Of a DNA stretch of 64,000 nt, positions 38,431 through 52,595 are shown piece by piece. The notes beneath the pieces were generated by a model. That model searched no databases. It saw nothing but the letters and a program-made list of their open reading frames with translations, and was not told where the DNA came from. The number at the start of each line of letters is the position of its first letter. Within the stretch, counting starts at the first letter, position 1. The position numbers and the translations under genes were made by a program. Source of the stretch: Eledone cirrhosa (lineage: Eukaryota); contig OZ024747.1 in NCBI GenBank assembly GCA_964016885.1, positions 80,848,001 through 80,912,000 of the forward strand, read 5' to 3'.

Positions 38431-39235
38431 TTTTCTCTTTCTCTTAATTTCGAGTATATTTTTTTGACCGGCCACCTTCCTGGTGGCAAGGTTGTAAAAG
38501 AAAAGAAATTGTCATCCCTTGAATCGCAAGAATGTTTTGCAAATTTTGAAGGTGCCAGCTATCGCAGCCATTTGTAGACTATGAATTAGGGAGCTGCGCT
38601 TTTTGTCCGCAAATCCAAGTTCAGTCATACTTTGGTCCAAGCGGGTTGGTATATAACCCGTAGCACCAATAATGATTGGATACTGGATTTGAAAACTCCT
38701 CATCAATGGTCCGTAGATGTCCTCCTTCTCCTGTATTTTTCTGACAACGTTTACATCAAGTGGGCAGCTGATCTCCACAACAGAACACGTTTTCAATGTG
38801 TGGTCCCAAACTACAATATCAGGCCGGTTGTGCTTTAATTTGGTGGCAGTTTTTATTTTCAGGTTCCACCAGTATTCCTTAGTGCCATCTGTCTCAATAT
38901 ATTCTTCCTCGTTTGTTGTTAATTTTGTTTTCCGAAGTGCGTTCCAGATGGTTCTAGCTATCCCATCGTGTCTCATGGGGAGGTAGTAGCGAGATGACAT
39001 TCTTTCGCAGCTGGCAACAATGTGGCTTACATCCTCGATCTTTGTTTTACATAGCCTACATTTATTGCCAGCTGCTGGCCTTCCTCTTTTGTGCAGCAGA
39101 TATTTGGTAGGGAGTTCTTGTTCCTGTATTGCATAGAGATATCCCTCAAGGTGTGATGTCATAAACTTGTCGGAACTCCATGCCAGGCTTTTTGAGTGGT
39201 TTATCCCCTCTATGGTCTGTGTTTTACGCCTCAAG
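38431..39235 (-). mobile_element. 3' end of an RLE-type LINE (R4/Dong/NeSL-like) inside (ACAT)n
   Basis: ORF 38512-39234: CRLC..EDVSHIVASC, RHD, HNRPDIVV, EISCP, K..Y; short 3' UTR; (ATGT)n on both sides. Confidence 0.92.
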
Positions 39236-39747
39236 TATCCATGTATGTATGTATCTATGTATGTATGTATGTATGTATGTTTGTATGTATGTATTCATTA
39301 TGTATGTATATATATATGTATATAAATATGCATATATATTTATGTATATATACATGTTATATATATAATTATGTATATTTAAACACACATACACACACAC
39401 ATATATATATATATATATGTATCTAATAAGGAGTTGACGGACCCAGCATATTTATCAATGCCAGTACCGGTTGTATCTCAGCGTACTCAATAGGCAATGT
39501 AAGATACATTCCCAGAGTATACACATAGTTATTCGCTTCAATACAACACACGTTAAACGGGTCCCTAGTATATATTCATATATATATGTGTGTGTGTATG
39601 TATATATATATACTTATGTATATATATATATAAGTACTTATATATGTATACATATTTATGTACATATAGATATTATATATAAAATTATATATATTTAAAC
39701 ACACACAAACACACATATATATATATATTTAAACACGCACATATATA

Positions 39748-39809
<62 letters not shown>

Positions 39810-40337
39810 CATATATATGTATATATAAATAGATAAATAAATGTATATATATATATATATATATATGTGTGTGGTGTGTGTGTTTCTGTGTGTAAAATAC
39901 TAACGTATATATTTATATATGTATTGTCATTTGTGTGTGGCAGAAATATTGATAAAATGTGTTTGGAAAAGTAATTAATTTGCCTGCAATGATACATGTG
40001 AAATAACGATGAAATCTCCATTTATAGAATTTAATAATCCTTTAATACACTAGGAAATGTATTTGTTTAACATTCATGTCTACTTTTCTGTCAGTTCGTG
40101 AAAATAAACCTAGTTAACAGGTGTGTCAGTTTTGAGTTATGCTTGAAAGTTTCGCGAAAAATCTAATATTAAATAATTCACTCTCTAAAAGATTTCATTG
40201 AATACTTATATAAAGAATGTGGTGTCTCTTCATATGCAAGCATACACACGCGCACACACAAATACACACATACATACACACATACATATACTCATACGTA
40301 CAAATCTCTTTGTATATATATATTATATATATATATA

Positions 40338-40491
40338 TCTAGATGAATACAGTAAGATGGTTGTTAAACTATTACTCACTAGAGTAGTCGATACTTGGTG
40401 TAGTAGAGTATGGTTATATGAATGAGTCAGCACCCAGACGACTGAGCTCTTGCCGTTTCAACAGCTCAGCCGTCGGTGTCCTGACTCATTT
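40338..40491. mobile_element. Short pLTR-like fragment with hairpin and hammerhead 3' half
   Basis: Hairpin 40421-40490; minus strand GAAA CGGC..GTCG TC; shares atacttg..gtagtagagt and agctcagcYgtcgg.gtc with 51946-52085. Confidence 0.55.
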
Positions 40492-41043
<552 letters not shown>

Positions 41044-41486
41044 CCGGGTTACTGCCTGGTGGATCTATTGAATTCAAGTGTCTTTTCATCTGATTGTGCC
41101 TTCATCGAACATCTGTGACTTGATCAATATTAACAATCAGTATTGCATATTACAGTATTTCTTTAGAAATCAACATTTCGTATTCCATTGTAACCTGTAG
41201 TGGGTAGAATTGTTAGACCACCTCACAAAACTATCTTGTCACATTTCCTTGTCTTCCTTTACGTTCGGAATTCAATTCTTTCGGCAAACGACCTTTTCTT
41301 GCCTCCGTCGGGGGTAGACAACATAAGTACCAGTTATGTATTTGAGGCGATATAATCGACTACACTTTTTTTTCAAATAAGTGACCTTGTTTCTCTGCTA
41401 CAAATCAATATAATCTTATTGCTGCTGTCTTTAAGGTTGCTATCTTCGTTTAGCCCCCGATCAGCCCTGAACCACAAGACCTTATA

Positions 41487-41898
41487 TTAACCCTTTAACA
41501 TTTACATTACTCTATATATACTATTGAATTTTCAAGATAAAGGCTGTACTTAACATAATTATCTCACATAATATAGAATCTATGAGATTTTGATATTATT
41601 TGGCAGTATCGGTAGAGGGTCGGACGCCATGCTTTGCAGCAAAGAATTACGGCCCTTTATGGTCTGAGTTCAAATCCCGCAGAGGTTAATTTTGTCTTTC
41701 ATCCTTACGGGGGTCGATAAAATAAAGTACCAGTAATACACTGGGATAATTGCTGGCCTTGTGCCAAAAGTAGAAACAATTATTTATTTTGACAACAATA
41801 CCTCAACATCATATGAGTGGCCAGTTACAGCCAGTTTGAACAGAAAGATGTAAGAGTATTCTCGCCGGATATGGCCGGTTTAAATGCTAAAGGGTTAA
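41487..41898. mobile_element. piggyBac-type MITE carrying a nested SINE A (41600-41782)
   Basis: TTAA|CCCTTTAACATTTA ... TAAATGCTAAAGGG|TTAA; sister copy at 61845-62073 lacks the SINE. Confidence 0.8.
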
Positions 41899-42699
41899 AG
41901 ATGCCACTGACGTGACGTATCTCTTCCTTTTTCTGGTTTCCTCTCTTTATTGAAGACGGCATTAATTATACCCCTTATTTCTAATAGATCTAACACCTCT
42001 ACAGATGATACCTCTTTGGCTCGAAGAATAATTAACTTACCCTATTAACTTAAGTCGAACCGTAGAATAGTAATAAAAACAAGAACGATGTCATTCAATA
42101 TATAGTTTTATTACACAAGTTTCAGAGTATAAATGCCATCCAGCCATGTCTTATTATTTCCTCATTCTGGATTCTATTGCTACAAAACTATACTTCTTCT
42201 AAGTCATAAGGAATCAATGATAGTTGTTTTTATTGATCCTGAAAGAATGGAAACCGATGTCGATCTTCAAGGGATTTTACCTTAGAGCAATGAAGCAACG
42301 ATAATGAAACAAGCAAACCATCCATGTCGCCTTTGTAATGTCTCCAATGTCACGAGTGTGGAATGCGGAGAGGAGTACAAATGTCAGCACCAACTGTTAT
42401 TTATTAGTAATACCAATACTCACCACTTGTTTTCAGCAAATTCGGTGACAATATAAATTAATCATTAGATTCATTTACAGGCTGTTGGCTATACAACATA
42501 CAAACACACGCACACACGCACGCGCGCGCACGCAAACACACAGACAGACACACGAGCATACTAATGTTATAAATTCGTGAGTGTGTGTGTATATATATAT
42601 ATATAAGCGTGTATATATATACATATGTCTCTGTGTGCATATACGTGTGTATTAGTTAAATGATAATAATTTACATAGACGTATGGCTATATATATCGA

Positions 42700-42884
42700 T
42701 AATTATTTCTACTATTGGCACAAGGCCAGCAAATACCCAGTGCATTACTGGTACTTTATTTTATCGACCCCGTAAGGATGAAAGGCAAAGTCAACCTCGG
42801 CGGGATTTGAACTCAGATCGTAAAGGGACGTAACTATGCTGGAAATCATGGCGTCCGACCCTCTACTGATACTGCCAATCCACT
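42700..42884 (-). mobile_element. SINE family A
   Basis: Full-length reverse copy. Confidence 0.9.
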
Positions 42885-43449
42885 GTTATTATATATATAT
42901 AATAACGTCTGTTTGTGTGTGTGTGTACTAGGCACGATGCACGCACAGACACACACCTGTAGTCAACTCTACATATCGGGAGATTTTTCATGTGTCCGTC
43001 TTTTTTTAATTGATGGTGGTTACCTTTTTTTCGAAAGACAATGGTTTCATTTATCGCCTGAAACATACATTGACCATGGCGCTATATTTGAAGACATGAA
43101 GTAATATAATTAAAGAACTATATCATATATTTCCTTCTACACAACTTCTGCTATTTTTCTTCATGGGGTCACTTGTTACTGATATTAAAGCTTCTTTGTT
43201 TTGTAGTGACATATCACACACCCAACATGTATTGATATGTGATATATCACACAATATCATGGTTTTCATGATATAGATCTATACAAGATCTAAGTTATAC
43301 TGTATGGAAATATATCATATAAAAACAAAACATATATTCGTAATCATGCGCTGGAAAGGTTTTGTTTCTACGAGTCTGATACTATCAAATGAACTATCGA
43401 ACTACTTCCACTCCTTAGGAAATAATTAAGGATCCACAACAATTTTAAT

Positions 43450-44650
43450 ACTACCGCTTAAATAAGATTTCCATATATATTTCCATAAGTACAGCAATAC
43501 TTTCCAAAATAAAATTTACTTTGGCGTGAAGAATATTAAGAATACAAAAGCAGTTTCTCATTTTCTCTGATAAAGCTAAAATTTTCCTTATGATAATATC
43601 GCTAAGAAACTCAATAAGAATATTACCTAGAATCATAAAGGAATTAGCGAAAAAACGTATAATAATATAAATATTGAAGTAAGAATTGTAGCTAATACAA
43701 TCAAATTAGATAATGGATTAGAATAACTAACTAAACACGTAACGTTCCTCATACTTAAGGACCATAGGGAGAATTTTGCCTCCAATCCCTAATGTAGATT
43801 GATTAATCATGCAAAAATAAAGATTTTATTAATTGGCAATAATACCTTAAGCAAAATTTACAGTAATATAAGGAAGTAAATCAGCCTAAAACAAACGAAT
43901 AACAACAGTAGAGTAATTAGCTCGTTTAATAACATTAATAATACAAAAGATTTCAAGTTTACCTAATTCGATATTGTCGAATGTTATCCCTCAGTCTCCA
44001 AACTCATTAGCACCTAAGGTTATATCTAACAATATACACGACAATGATATGAATATCATTATACGCGCTAAAAAGACGATGTTTTGATAAACATTCTGTA
44101 TGGGTAAAATAAATGAGACACGACGGATTCATTCGACGATAGTATAGTGTCGATTGACAGAGATATGTGATCTTCCTGCATGTACTCAGCACTATGTACA
44201 TACCAAAATGTTATTGGATTATGTCGAGATGCATCCTAACGGACTAGTGGTTACATATATGACACTTAGAGGAAAGGCTTCATTAATCATTTCAAATATT
44301 TTGTTCTGAAAATAACTATACTTAAAGTTATAAATTTCCTAGATGTTACCCTCGACGTAGTCACAACAATTTACTAAATTTATATCAAACCTAACGTAAA
44401 ACTCGGGTTAATGTAGACCCCTGCCATCTACAGTAATATTTCAAAACTTGATATATAATTGTTTCTACTTTTTGGCACAAGGAACAGTAATTACCCAGTG
44501 CATTACTGGTACTTTATTTTATCGACCCCGTAAGGATGAAAGGCAAAGTTAACCTCGGCGGGATTTGAACTCATCTTCAACCTCTCATCAAATAAAAACA
44601 ATCTTCGAAAATTACGGTGTTTTATTACCAAAGTGCTTCAGAATCTAGTG
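43450..44650 (+). mobile_element. Old decayed Naiad-like PLE RT fragment, interrupted by a SINE A piece (44457-44573)
   Basis: LKDHRENFASNP*CRLINHAK (~43754), FDIVECYPS (~43967), KVINFLDVTL (~44324). Confidence 0.75.
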
Positions 44651-45284
44651 GATTATTGAGTCACTGCGACTCCTTTTTGATTTACATTTCCTTTCACGTA
44701 AATGTTAAGTATAATATTAATAACAAATCACTAAGCATTTTCAAATCAACTATTCCCACAGAAAATTTTCTAGAAACAATCTAATTGTAATATTAGGCTT
44801 ATTACATACAATTGACTTCTATTTTCATGTCCATGAAGATTTTGTTTAGAAATACATGGCATTTACATAGGTGTTTTACATATAATGCTGAGTAAAATCT
44901 TTTCCTTATGTGCTCTGGATTACAGCAAAGTAAAACAATGTTAACCAACCAGTAATTTATATATTCAGACATACGTGTAAAACTACACATATATTCATAA
45001 GTAAATTCTCGTATATTTACAAAGATGGATAGATGCATGCATAAATAAATATGTACATGCAATATAAATATATACTATGGTGCACAGATATAAATACATT
45101 TGTATAAACGAGGATTCATAGTACATAAAGAAATAAAATATACGATAGATAGAGAGAAAGGGGGAGAGGGGGAGAAACTGTGTAAGAGTAGACATTACTT
45201 CGTTCATATTTATTTGAGTGTCTAATAATTAGCTTTGACTTTTGTGTGAAATAAATGTTTCTTAATGAAACAATATTATTATTG

Positions 45285-45800
45285 TGGATTGGCAGTATCG
45301 GTAGAGGGTCGGACGCCATGCTTTGAAGCATAGAGTTACCTCCCTTTATGATCTGAGTTCAAATCCCGCCGAGGTTAACTTTGCTTTTCATCCTTACGGG
45401 GTCGATAAAATAAAGTACCAGTAATGCACCGGGATAATTGCTGGCCTTGTGCCTAAAGTAGAAACAATTATTATTAGTGTTCAGGTTAGGGCGATGGAAT
45501 GGCAGTATCGGTAGAGAGTCGGACGCCATGCTTTGCAGCATAGAGTTATGGCCCTTTATGATCTGAGTTCAAATCCCGCCAAGGTTAACTTTGCCTTTTA
45601 TCCTTACTGGGTCAATAAATTAAAGTACTAGTTACGCACTGGGGTCAATTTAATCGACTTTCCTCTCCCCCAAAATTGATGGCCTTGTGCCTATATAAGA
45701 AACCATTATTAGAGTTCATTTATCCAGTGCATTACTAATAAAGTACCAGTAATGCGCTGGGTAATTGCTGGCCTTGTGACAAAAGTAGAAACAATTATTA
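45285..45800 (+). mobile_element. Tandem cluster of SINE A copies (45285-45470, 45495-45710, partial 45738-45800)
   Basis: Repeated tggcagtatcggtagag heads and gaaacaattatt tails. Confidence 0.9.
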
Positions 45801-46420
45801 AAATTCAGGTGAGTGTGTTTGTGTGTGATTTAGAATGAGAGAAAGAAAGAATGAGCATTGTATGCGCACGTGTAATATTGGCTTCTTTTAAGCTGGTTTT
45901 AAGATGCTTTTTTTTAAATATATATTTCAAATATTTGTTTTCATCATGTGCTTACTCACAATTGCGTTATTTGCTGAGTGCCTGCATTTGTTTAATGATA
46001 TACATTTTTCCTCTGTATCAGTGATTATACGTTCATGCGTGTGCAATAAAGCTTACTAGTGCTTATCCTGCATTTATTTGTCATCGGTGCAATGTGCACT
46101 GATTGCAAAATTTTAATATTGCTTGCTACATGCATGAAAATAAAATACAAACCATTACAATATGAAATAGGGCAATAAACAAAAAACTGATTGCCTGAGA
46201 ACAGATTAAGTGGATTCATAGATCTTCGTTTGCAACCAGAAATTGGGATTGTGTCTTTTTGGCGCAGCTGCTTCTATTCCTTGCATCCCAATATCGATTG
46301 GTTGATAGAGTTGGAGGTTTCGTTTGGTTTTGTTTGTTGTTACTTTGTCAATGAGCACCGTAAACATTTTGGAGAGAGTAACTTTAATCGGTTGCATTAA
46401 TTTTCAAAATATTCCTATAA

Positions 46421-47006
<586 letters not shown>

Positions 47007-47162
47007 AATCCGACTAAAATACGAAGAGGGCTCGATAAGGATAATATGTATATAAAATATATAAAACCGTAGAGAATATTATTTATTAAAATAACAGATT
47101 AAAGTTTAAGCAAAGAATCGCCGCTTTCACCCTTAACGGGATCTTTCAGAAGATTATTATTA

Positions 47163-47352
47163 TGGTGGATTGGCAGAATCGGTAGAGTGTCGGACGTTAT
47201 GCTTTGGCGCATAGAGTTACGGCGCTTTCTATTCTGAGTTCAAGTCCCGCCGAGGTCAACTTTGCCTTTCATCCTTACGGGGTCGATAAAATAACGTACC
47301 AGTAATGTACTGTGTAATTGCTGGCCTTGTGCCAAAAGTAGAAACAATTATT
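47163..47352 (+). mobile_element. SINE family A
   Basis: Full-length copy. Confidence 0.9.
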
Positions 47353-47353
47353 A

Positions 47354-47436
<83 letters not shown>

Positions 47437-47438
47437 TT

Positions 47439-47501
<63 letters not shown>

Positions 47502-47505
47502 CGTT

Positions 47506-47560
<55 letters not shown>

Positions 47561-47927
47561 GTATGTATATATATATATATATATTGGTATGTTATATTTA
47601 TCTCAAATAAATAAAGGAAGAATAATCGTTATAATATTAATCGTAAGGTTGGATTCTCAGTATCGGCGGAACTTTGCACAAATATTTCGTGGCATACAGT
47701 TACAGCTCTTCGCATTCTGAGTTCGAATCCCGTCGAGAACAATTTTTCCTTTCATCCTTCTGTGATTGATCAAATAAAAATCCTCTCAGACACTTTAGTC
47801 GATTTAATCCACTTTTCTTTCCCCTCAATATTCAGGCGTTGTGTTTAAATTAAAATAAAATACATTTTTGTATACATCTTAAATGGGGTGGAATTGTAAA
47901 ATCTTTACTGGGCCTGCAAAGCCTGAT

Positions 47928-48142
47928 AATTGTTTCTGATTTAGGCATAAGGCGACCAATTTTAGGGGAGAGGAAAGTTGATTAAATTGACCGCAGTGCA
48001 TGACTGGTACTTTATTTCATGGAACCCGTAAAAATGAAAGGCAACGCTAACCACAGTGCGGTTTGAACTCAAAACATAAAGAGACGTAACTATATACCGC
48101 AAATCATATTGCCTGACGCTCTAGCGATACTGCCAATCCACC
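47928..48142 (-). mobile_element. SINE family A, long-tail variant
   Basis: Reverse copy ending gatactgccaatccacc. Confidence 0.8.
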
Positions 48143-49191
48143 TACAAATGTTTAGTTATTTCATCTTACATTCGGAATTCATCTCTCCAGGGTTGGTTTA
48201 AATTTCCTTCTTCCAAGATCAATATATTAAGGGTCAGTAAGGGTCGTTTGTGGCTATCGAAGAAGAATGGATGGTAATGGTAGCGAATATATCAGAGTCG
48301 ACAAACTATCATTACAACGAAATTGCAGTTCCAAGCCTCTCCGGCATTCCATAGCTTTGTCTTCGGGAAGTCTTTCTTAATCGACTGTCACTCTCTTCTA
48401 ATTCTCTTACGCACATTATTTATGGCATTTTGCTTGATACAGAGGGAGATAAAGCTACAGTGAAATTCAAAATAACGATGATTTATTAAAAAGAAGCTCA
48501 TTTCTAGATTTCTGATGAATTAACTTAATGAAATCGATGTAGTCGATCCAATGATACCAGATTTCAGCATCTGATTTGCATTTCTTTTAGCATATTTTCA
48601 ATGCAATTGAATTTGAATTTTAAAAATATAACAACTTAGATGACAGAATTTAATTCATAATAGCATCTCCTCAGTATGGATTCATCAATCAATCTTTATT
48701 GTATCACATGGTCACTTTCGGCTATCCCTCGTCTTTAATGGTTTATAAGAAACATCTGCAGAGTTTAGAGAATCACTAACCACACTTAGAATATATTTCT
48801 TAGTTCTTCAATTGAATGTTTTGTTCATTCAGGTGATATCACCTGAAAATTTATGTTCTAGATGGAGATTAATTCATGACCAAAGACTTCCCAGTCGTGA
48901 CCAACCTGTCCCTTTTTGAGAGAGTGAAAAGACCTGGCTGAAATTGTAGCTATGATATAGCATACAAATATAAAAGAGTAAAGACAAAAATATAGGATGA
49001 CATATGTTTAAATATTGCTGACTCGGTTTCAAACAAATGCTCAAGCAGGTTTTTAACAAACCTAACTGTAACAATTCTGAAAGTTCACATCCCTAAAGAT
49101 TACAAACAGATCTTTCCCTTTCCCACCCTTTCTACTACCACCTCTCACCCCCCCCTCTCTCACACACACAAACACATACACTATCTCTCTT

Positions 49192-49271
<80 letters not shown>

Positions 49272-49946
49272 TACCTTTTATTATTTGTCTTCAGTTCACA
49301 CTTTGATAAACAGTAACAATAATCTGGATAGTTGGAAAACTTAGATTTCAACATATGGCATTTCAGAATCTCTTACAACAAATAATGTATTTCTTTATTG
49401 TTGTCGTTCTTGTATAGCCTCGGAACAGCCATGATTGATCAGACATATGATGAATAATATTCAGGAAAATGGAACAGCAGATACAATACAGTATATAAAA
49501 TATTGTGTCAGCTTTGCATTTATGATTATGTGTCTGTCGTTTTGTGACATTTGTGATTGTGTGCGTAAACAAATTTTTAACATAAGTAAACAATACACAT
49601 GTATGTATGTATGTATGTATGTATGTATGGATGGATGGAGGGAGGGAGGGAGGGAGGGAGGGAGGGAGGGAGGGATATATATATTTATATATATAATATA
49701 TTTATACATGTGTGTGTGAGTCCCGGATTCAGTCGGGGGGGGAGGGGGTAATCACAGTAAGTGAAGTATTCAATACATTAGTTGAGATTATAGAAAATTT
49801 AACATAGAAATGGCTTCTACAGGACTAGACTAGAATTGTTTCTTTCGAAAGAAATCATCATGAATTCGAAAGAAACAGTTTTAGTTGTGGCCACAATGCG
49901 TTTGTATTTACATATATGTACATATTCATACTTAATATATACGTAG

Positions 49947-50122
<176 letters not shown>

Positions 50123-50131
50123 TTATATATA

Positions 50132-50486
50132 TATGAACGAATAAATATTCTAAAGACATTACGCAATAGTGATGGCCTAAACACGAGAAATGAATTCTTC
50201 ACACGTCCACACGTCTGGAAACACCTCTTCAATAACTACAAACCTCCGGATCGAATTACAACAACATCCTAATTTTCTTATCAACTAGAAACTTTCGGAC
50301 TTTCGCAGTTATCTCCCTTACACCTCTCGCACGCAATTTAGTATTGCCTGTGTGAAGTGATCGTTTCTGCGCATGCGTGTTCGTACGGTTGTCCTTCCTG
50401 TACCGTATAACCATGTCCATTACGAGCTGAGGATCCGCTAAGGTGAAACAATTGTTCTCGGTATGGTGAACTAACTGTTGTGTAAC

Positions 50487-50490
<4 letters not shown>
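50132..50490 (+). mobile_element. PLE 3' end: last EN residues, 3' UTR and HHR
   Basis: ERINILK..LNTRNEFF..H..K.L parallels EK..I..N.R.DLF..H of 36279-36656; HHR downstream. Confidence 0.7.
50423..50460 (+). ncRNA. Minimal hammerhead (family H5)
   Basis: CGAG CTGAGGA T-CC-GCTAA-GG-T GAAA CAATTG TT CTCG. Confidence 0.85.
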
Positions 50491-50577
<87 letters not shown>

Positions 50578-50699
50578 TACATATATATATATGTGTGTAT
50601 GTATGTTTGTATGTATTAAATATGAATATGTACATATATGTTAACGCATCGTGGCCGTGCCGATCCCTGACATAAATCTGTGTATGATATTATATCCAA

Positions 50700-51097
50700 A
50701 TAATTGTTTCTACTATTGGCACAAGGCCATCAATTAACCCAGCGCATTACTGGTACTTTATTTTATCGACCACATAAAGATGAAAGGCAAAGTTGATATC
50801 CAAATAATGCGGTTGGGGTCGAGTCTATTTCCTTTCTTTCAGGCCTGGTACTTGCGTTGTTATTATCGATTACGCATTCGCTCAAAATGTTAGGAGTTGT
50901 TCCTGGTAGAAATCATTGCTATCATTGGGGCAAAAAAGGGCGGCGGATTGGCAGTATAGAGTTAGGGCCCTTTATGATCTAAGTTCAAATCCCAGTGAGG
51001 TTAACTTTAGCGTTCATCCTTACGGGGTCGATAAAATAAAGTACCAGTAATGAACTGGAATAATTGCTGGCATTGTGCCAAAAGTAGAAACAATTAT
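50700..51097. mobile_element. Two SINE A pieces in opposite orientation (50700-50795 minus, 50940-51097 plus)
   Basis: Consensus tail and central domain on both strands. Confidence 0.8.
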
Positions 51098-51426
51098 TAG
51101 GGCAACAAGAGGAGGTGGGTTGGTGGGGTTACTAGAACGTCGAAAATGCTTAGCAGTGTTTGTACCGGCTTTTAGGGTCTGAGTTCGTATTCCGGTGGGC
51201 TTAACTTCGCCTTTCATACTACCGAGAAAAATAAAATAAACTACCAATCAAATAGTGAAGTCAATGTGATCTACCCTCCCCTTCCGCAAAATCAATAGCA
51301 TAGGGCCAAAAAGTAAATTTGATATCGATATGTAAAATAAAGACAAACATGTGTCTGTGTGTGAATATAAACAATATAATATTATATATATATATATACA
51401 CATATATATATATATAATAGTCAAAA

Positions 51427-51479
<53 letters not shown>

Positions 51480-51641
51480 TAGATAAATATACACGGGTGT
51501 GTATGATTGTGTATAGAAGATTATATTAATAAGAGGAATTCCAACTTTGTCTGATTTACTCGTTTTATTTACAATCCTTTAAAATTTATAATGGTATTAA
51601 AATGAAATAGTATGATAGAATATTAAATTCTAAGTGTTAAT

Positions 51642-51680
51642 TGAACAAGTACTTTCATGCTTTCGCAATCTTCAGGTTCA
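51642..51680 (-). ncRNA. Hammerhead family H1
   Basis: Identical to 13514-13552. Confidence 0.88.
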
Positions 51681-51752
51681 TAGTATGTGGTGACAGTCAA
51701 GTTTGCAATTTTCAACTGTGAAAATTGCAAACTTGACTGTCACCACATACTA

Positions 51753-51791
51753 TGAACCTGAAGATTGCGAAAACATGAAAGTACTTGTTCA
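51753..51791 (+). ncRNA. Hammerhead family H1, one stem II substitution
   Basis: TGAAC CTGAAGA TTGCGAAAACAT GAAA GTAC TT GTTCA. Confidence 0.8.
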
Positions 51792-51945
51792 ATTAACACT
51801 TAGAATTTAATATTCTATTATACTATTTCATTATAATGCCATTATAAATTTTAAAGGATTGTAAATAAAACGAGTAAATCAGACAAAGTTGGAATTCCTC
51901 TTATTAATATATATATATATATTAATATATATATATATATATATA

Positions 51946-52083
51946 GGAACCAGTAAGACCCCGACAGCTGAGCTCAAGCCGTTTCGACGGCTAATTCTGG
52001 ACAGAATTAGCCACTCTACTACCTCAAGTATTGAGTACTTTGGTGCGTTATGGTCCACCTGGTTCCTTACCAGATTTCCTTCG

Positions 52084-52085
<2 letters not shown>
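51946..52085 (-). mobile_element. 140-bp structured element in (TA)n with hammerhead 3' half
   Basis: Minus strand GGCTAATTCT-gtcc-AGAATTAGCC gtc GAAA CGGCT tgagctc AGCTG TC; no CTGANGA. Confidence 0.55.
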
Positions 52086-52152
<67 letters not shown>

Positions 52153-52159
52153 ATATATA

Positions 52160-52195
<36 letters not shown>

Positions 52196-52394
52196 CGGCG
52201 ATGAATTAGTTTAGCGAGGTTTTTTATATGAAATCGTGTGTCGAAACAAATATTGTTATACTTGGCAACATTGAGGACCGAGTAAGCTAGATTACAGATA
52301 TAAAAGACAGCGAGAAGCGAAAACCAACCAAACATTGAGTGTGTTCTGTTATTAATTCTGGCAATATTACACAAATATGACCCTCCCCAAGTAT

Positions 52395-52426
<32 letters not shown>

Positions 52427-52595
52427 TGTCTGTGATAGTATATTTGTGTACTTATTCGAGCCTTGTTTTTTACCTCTTTTCTTCTTTGATCAAGATAATA
52501 TGCTCAAAGGCGTTCAAGCCATTATTAAATTTATCTTTATCTTCATATACATACTTTGTTTTCTAAGCCAGTAACAAGCTTTATGATTCGGCTAA

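Larger units (their letters stand above)
51477..51909. mobile_element. Palindromic double-hammerhead non-autonomous element, copy 2
   Basis: Arms 51524-51714 and 51719-51909, same ACTG loop, extra pLTR tail on the left; (TA)n flanks. Confidence 0.93.

Noticed and set aside
52192-52400. GAAA CAAATATTG TT half motif in a repeat related to 36045-36160
   Set aside because: 5' core only CGATGA with no stem I; too degenerate to call.
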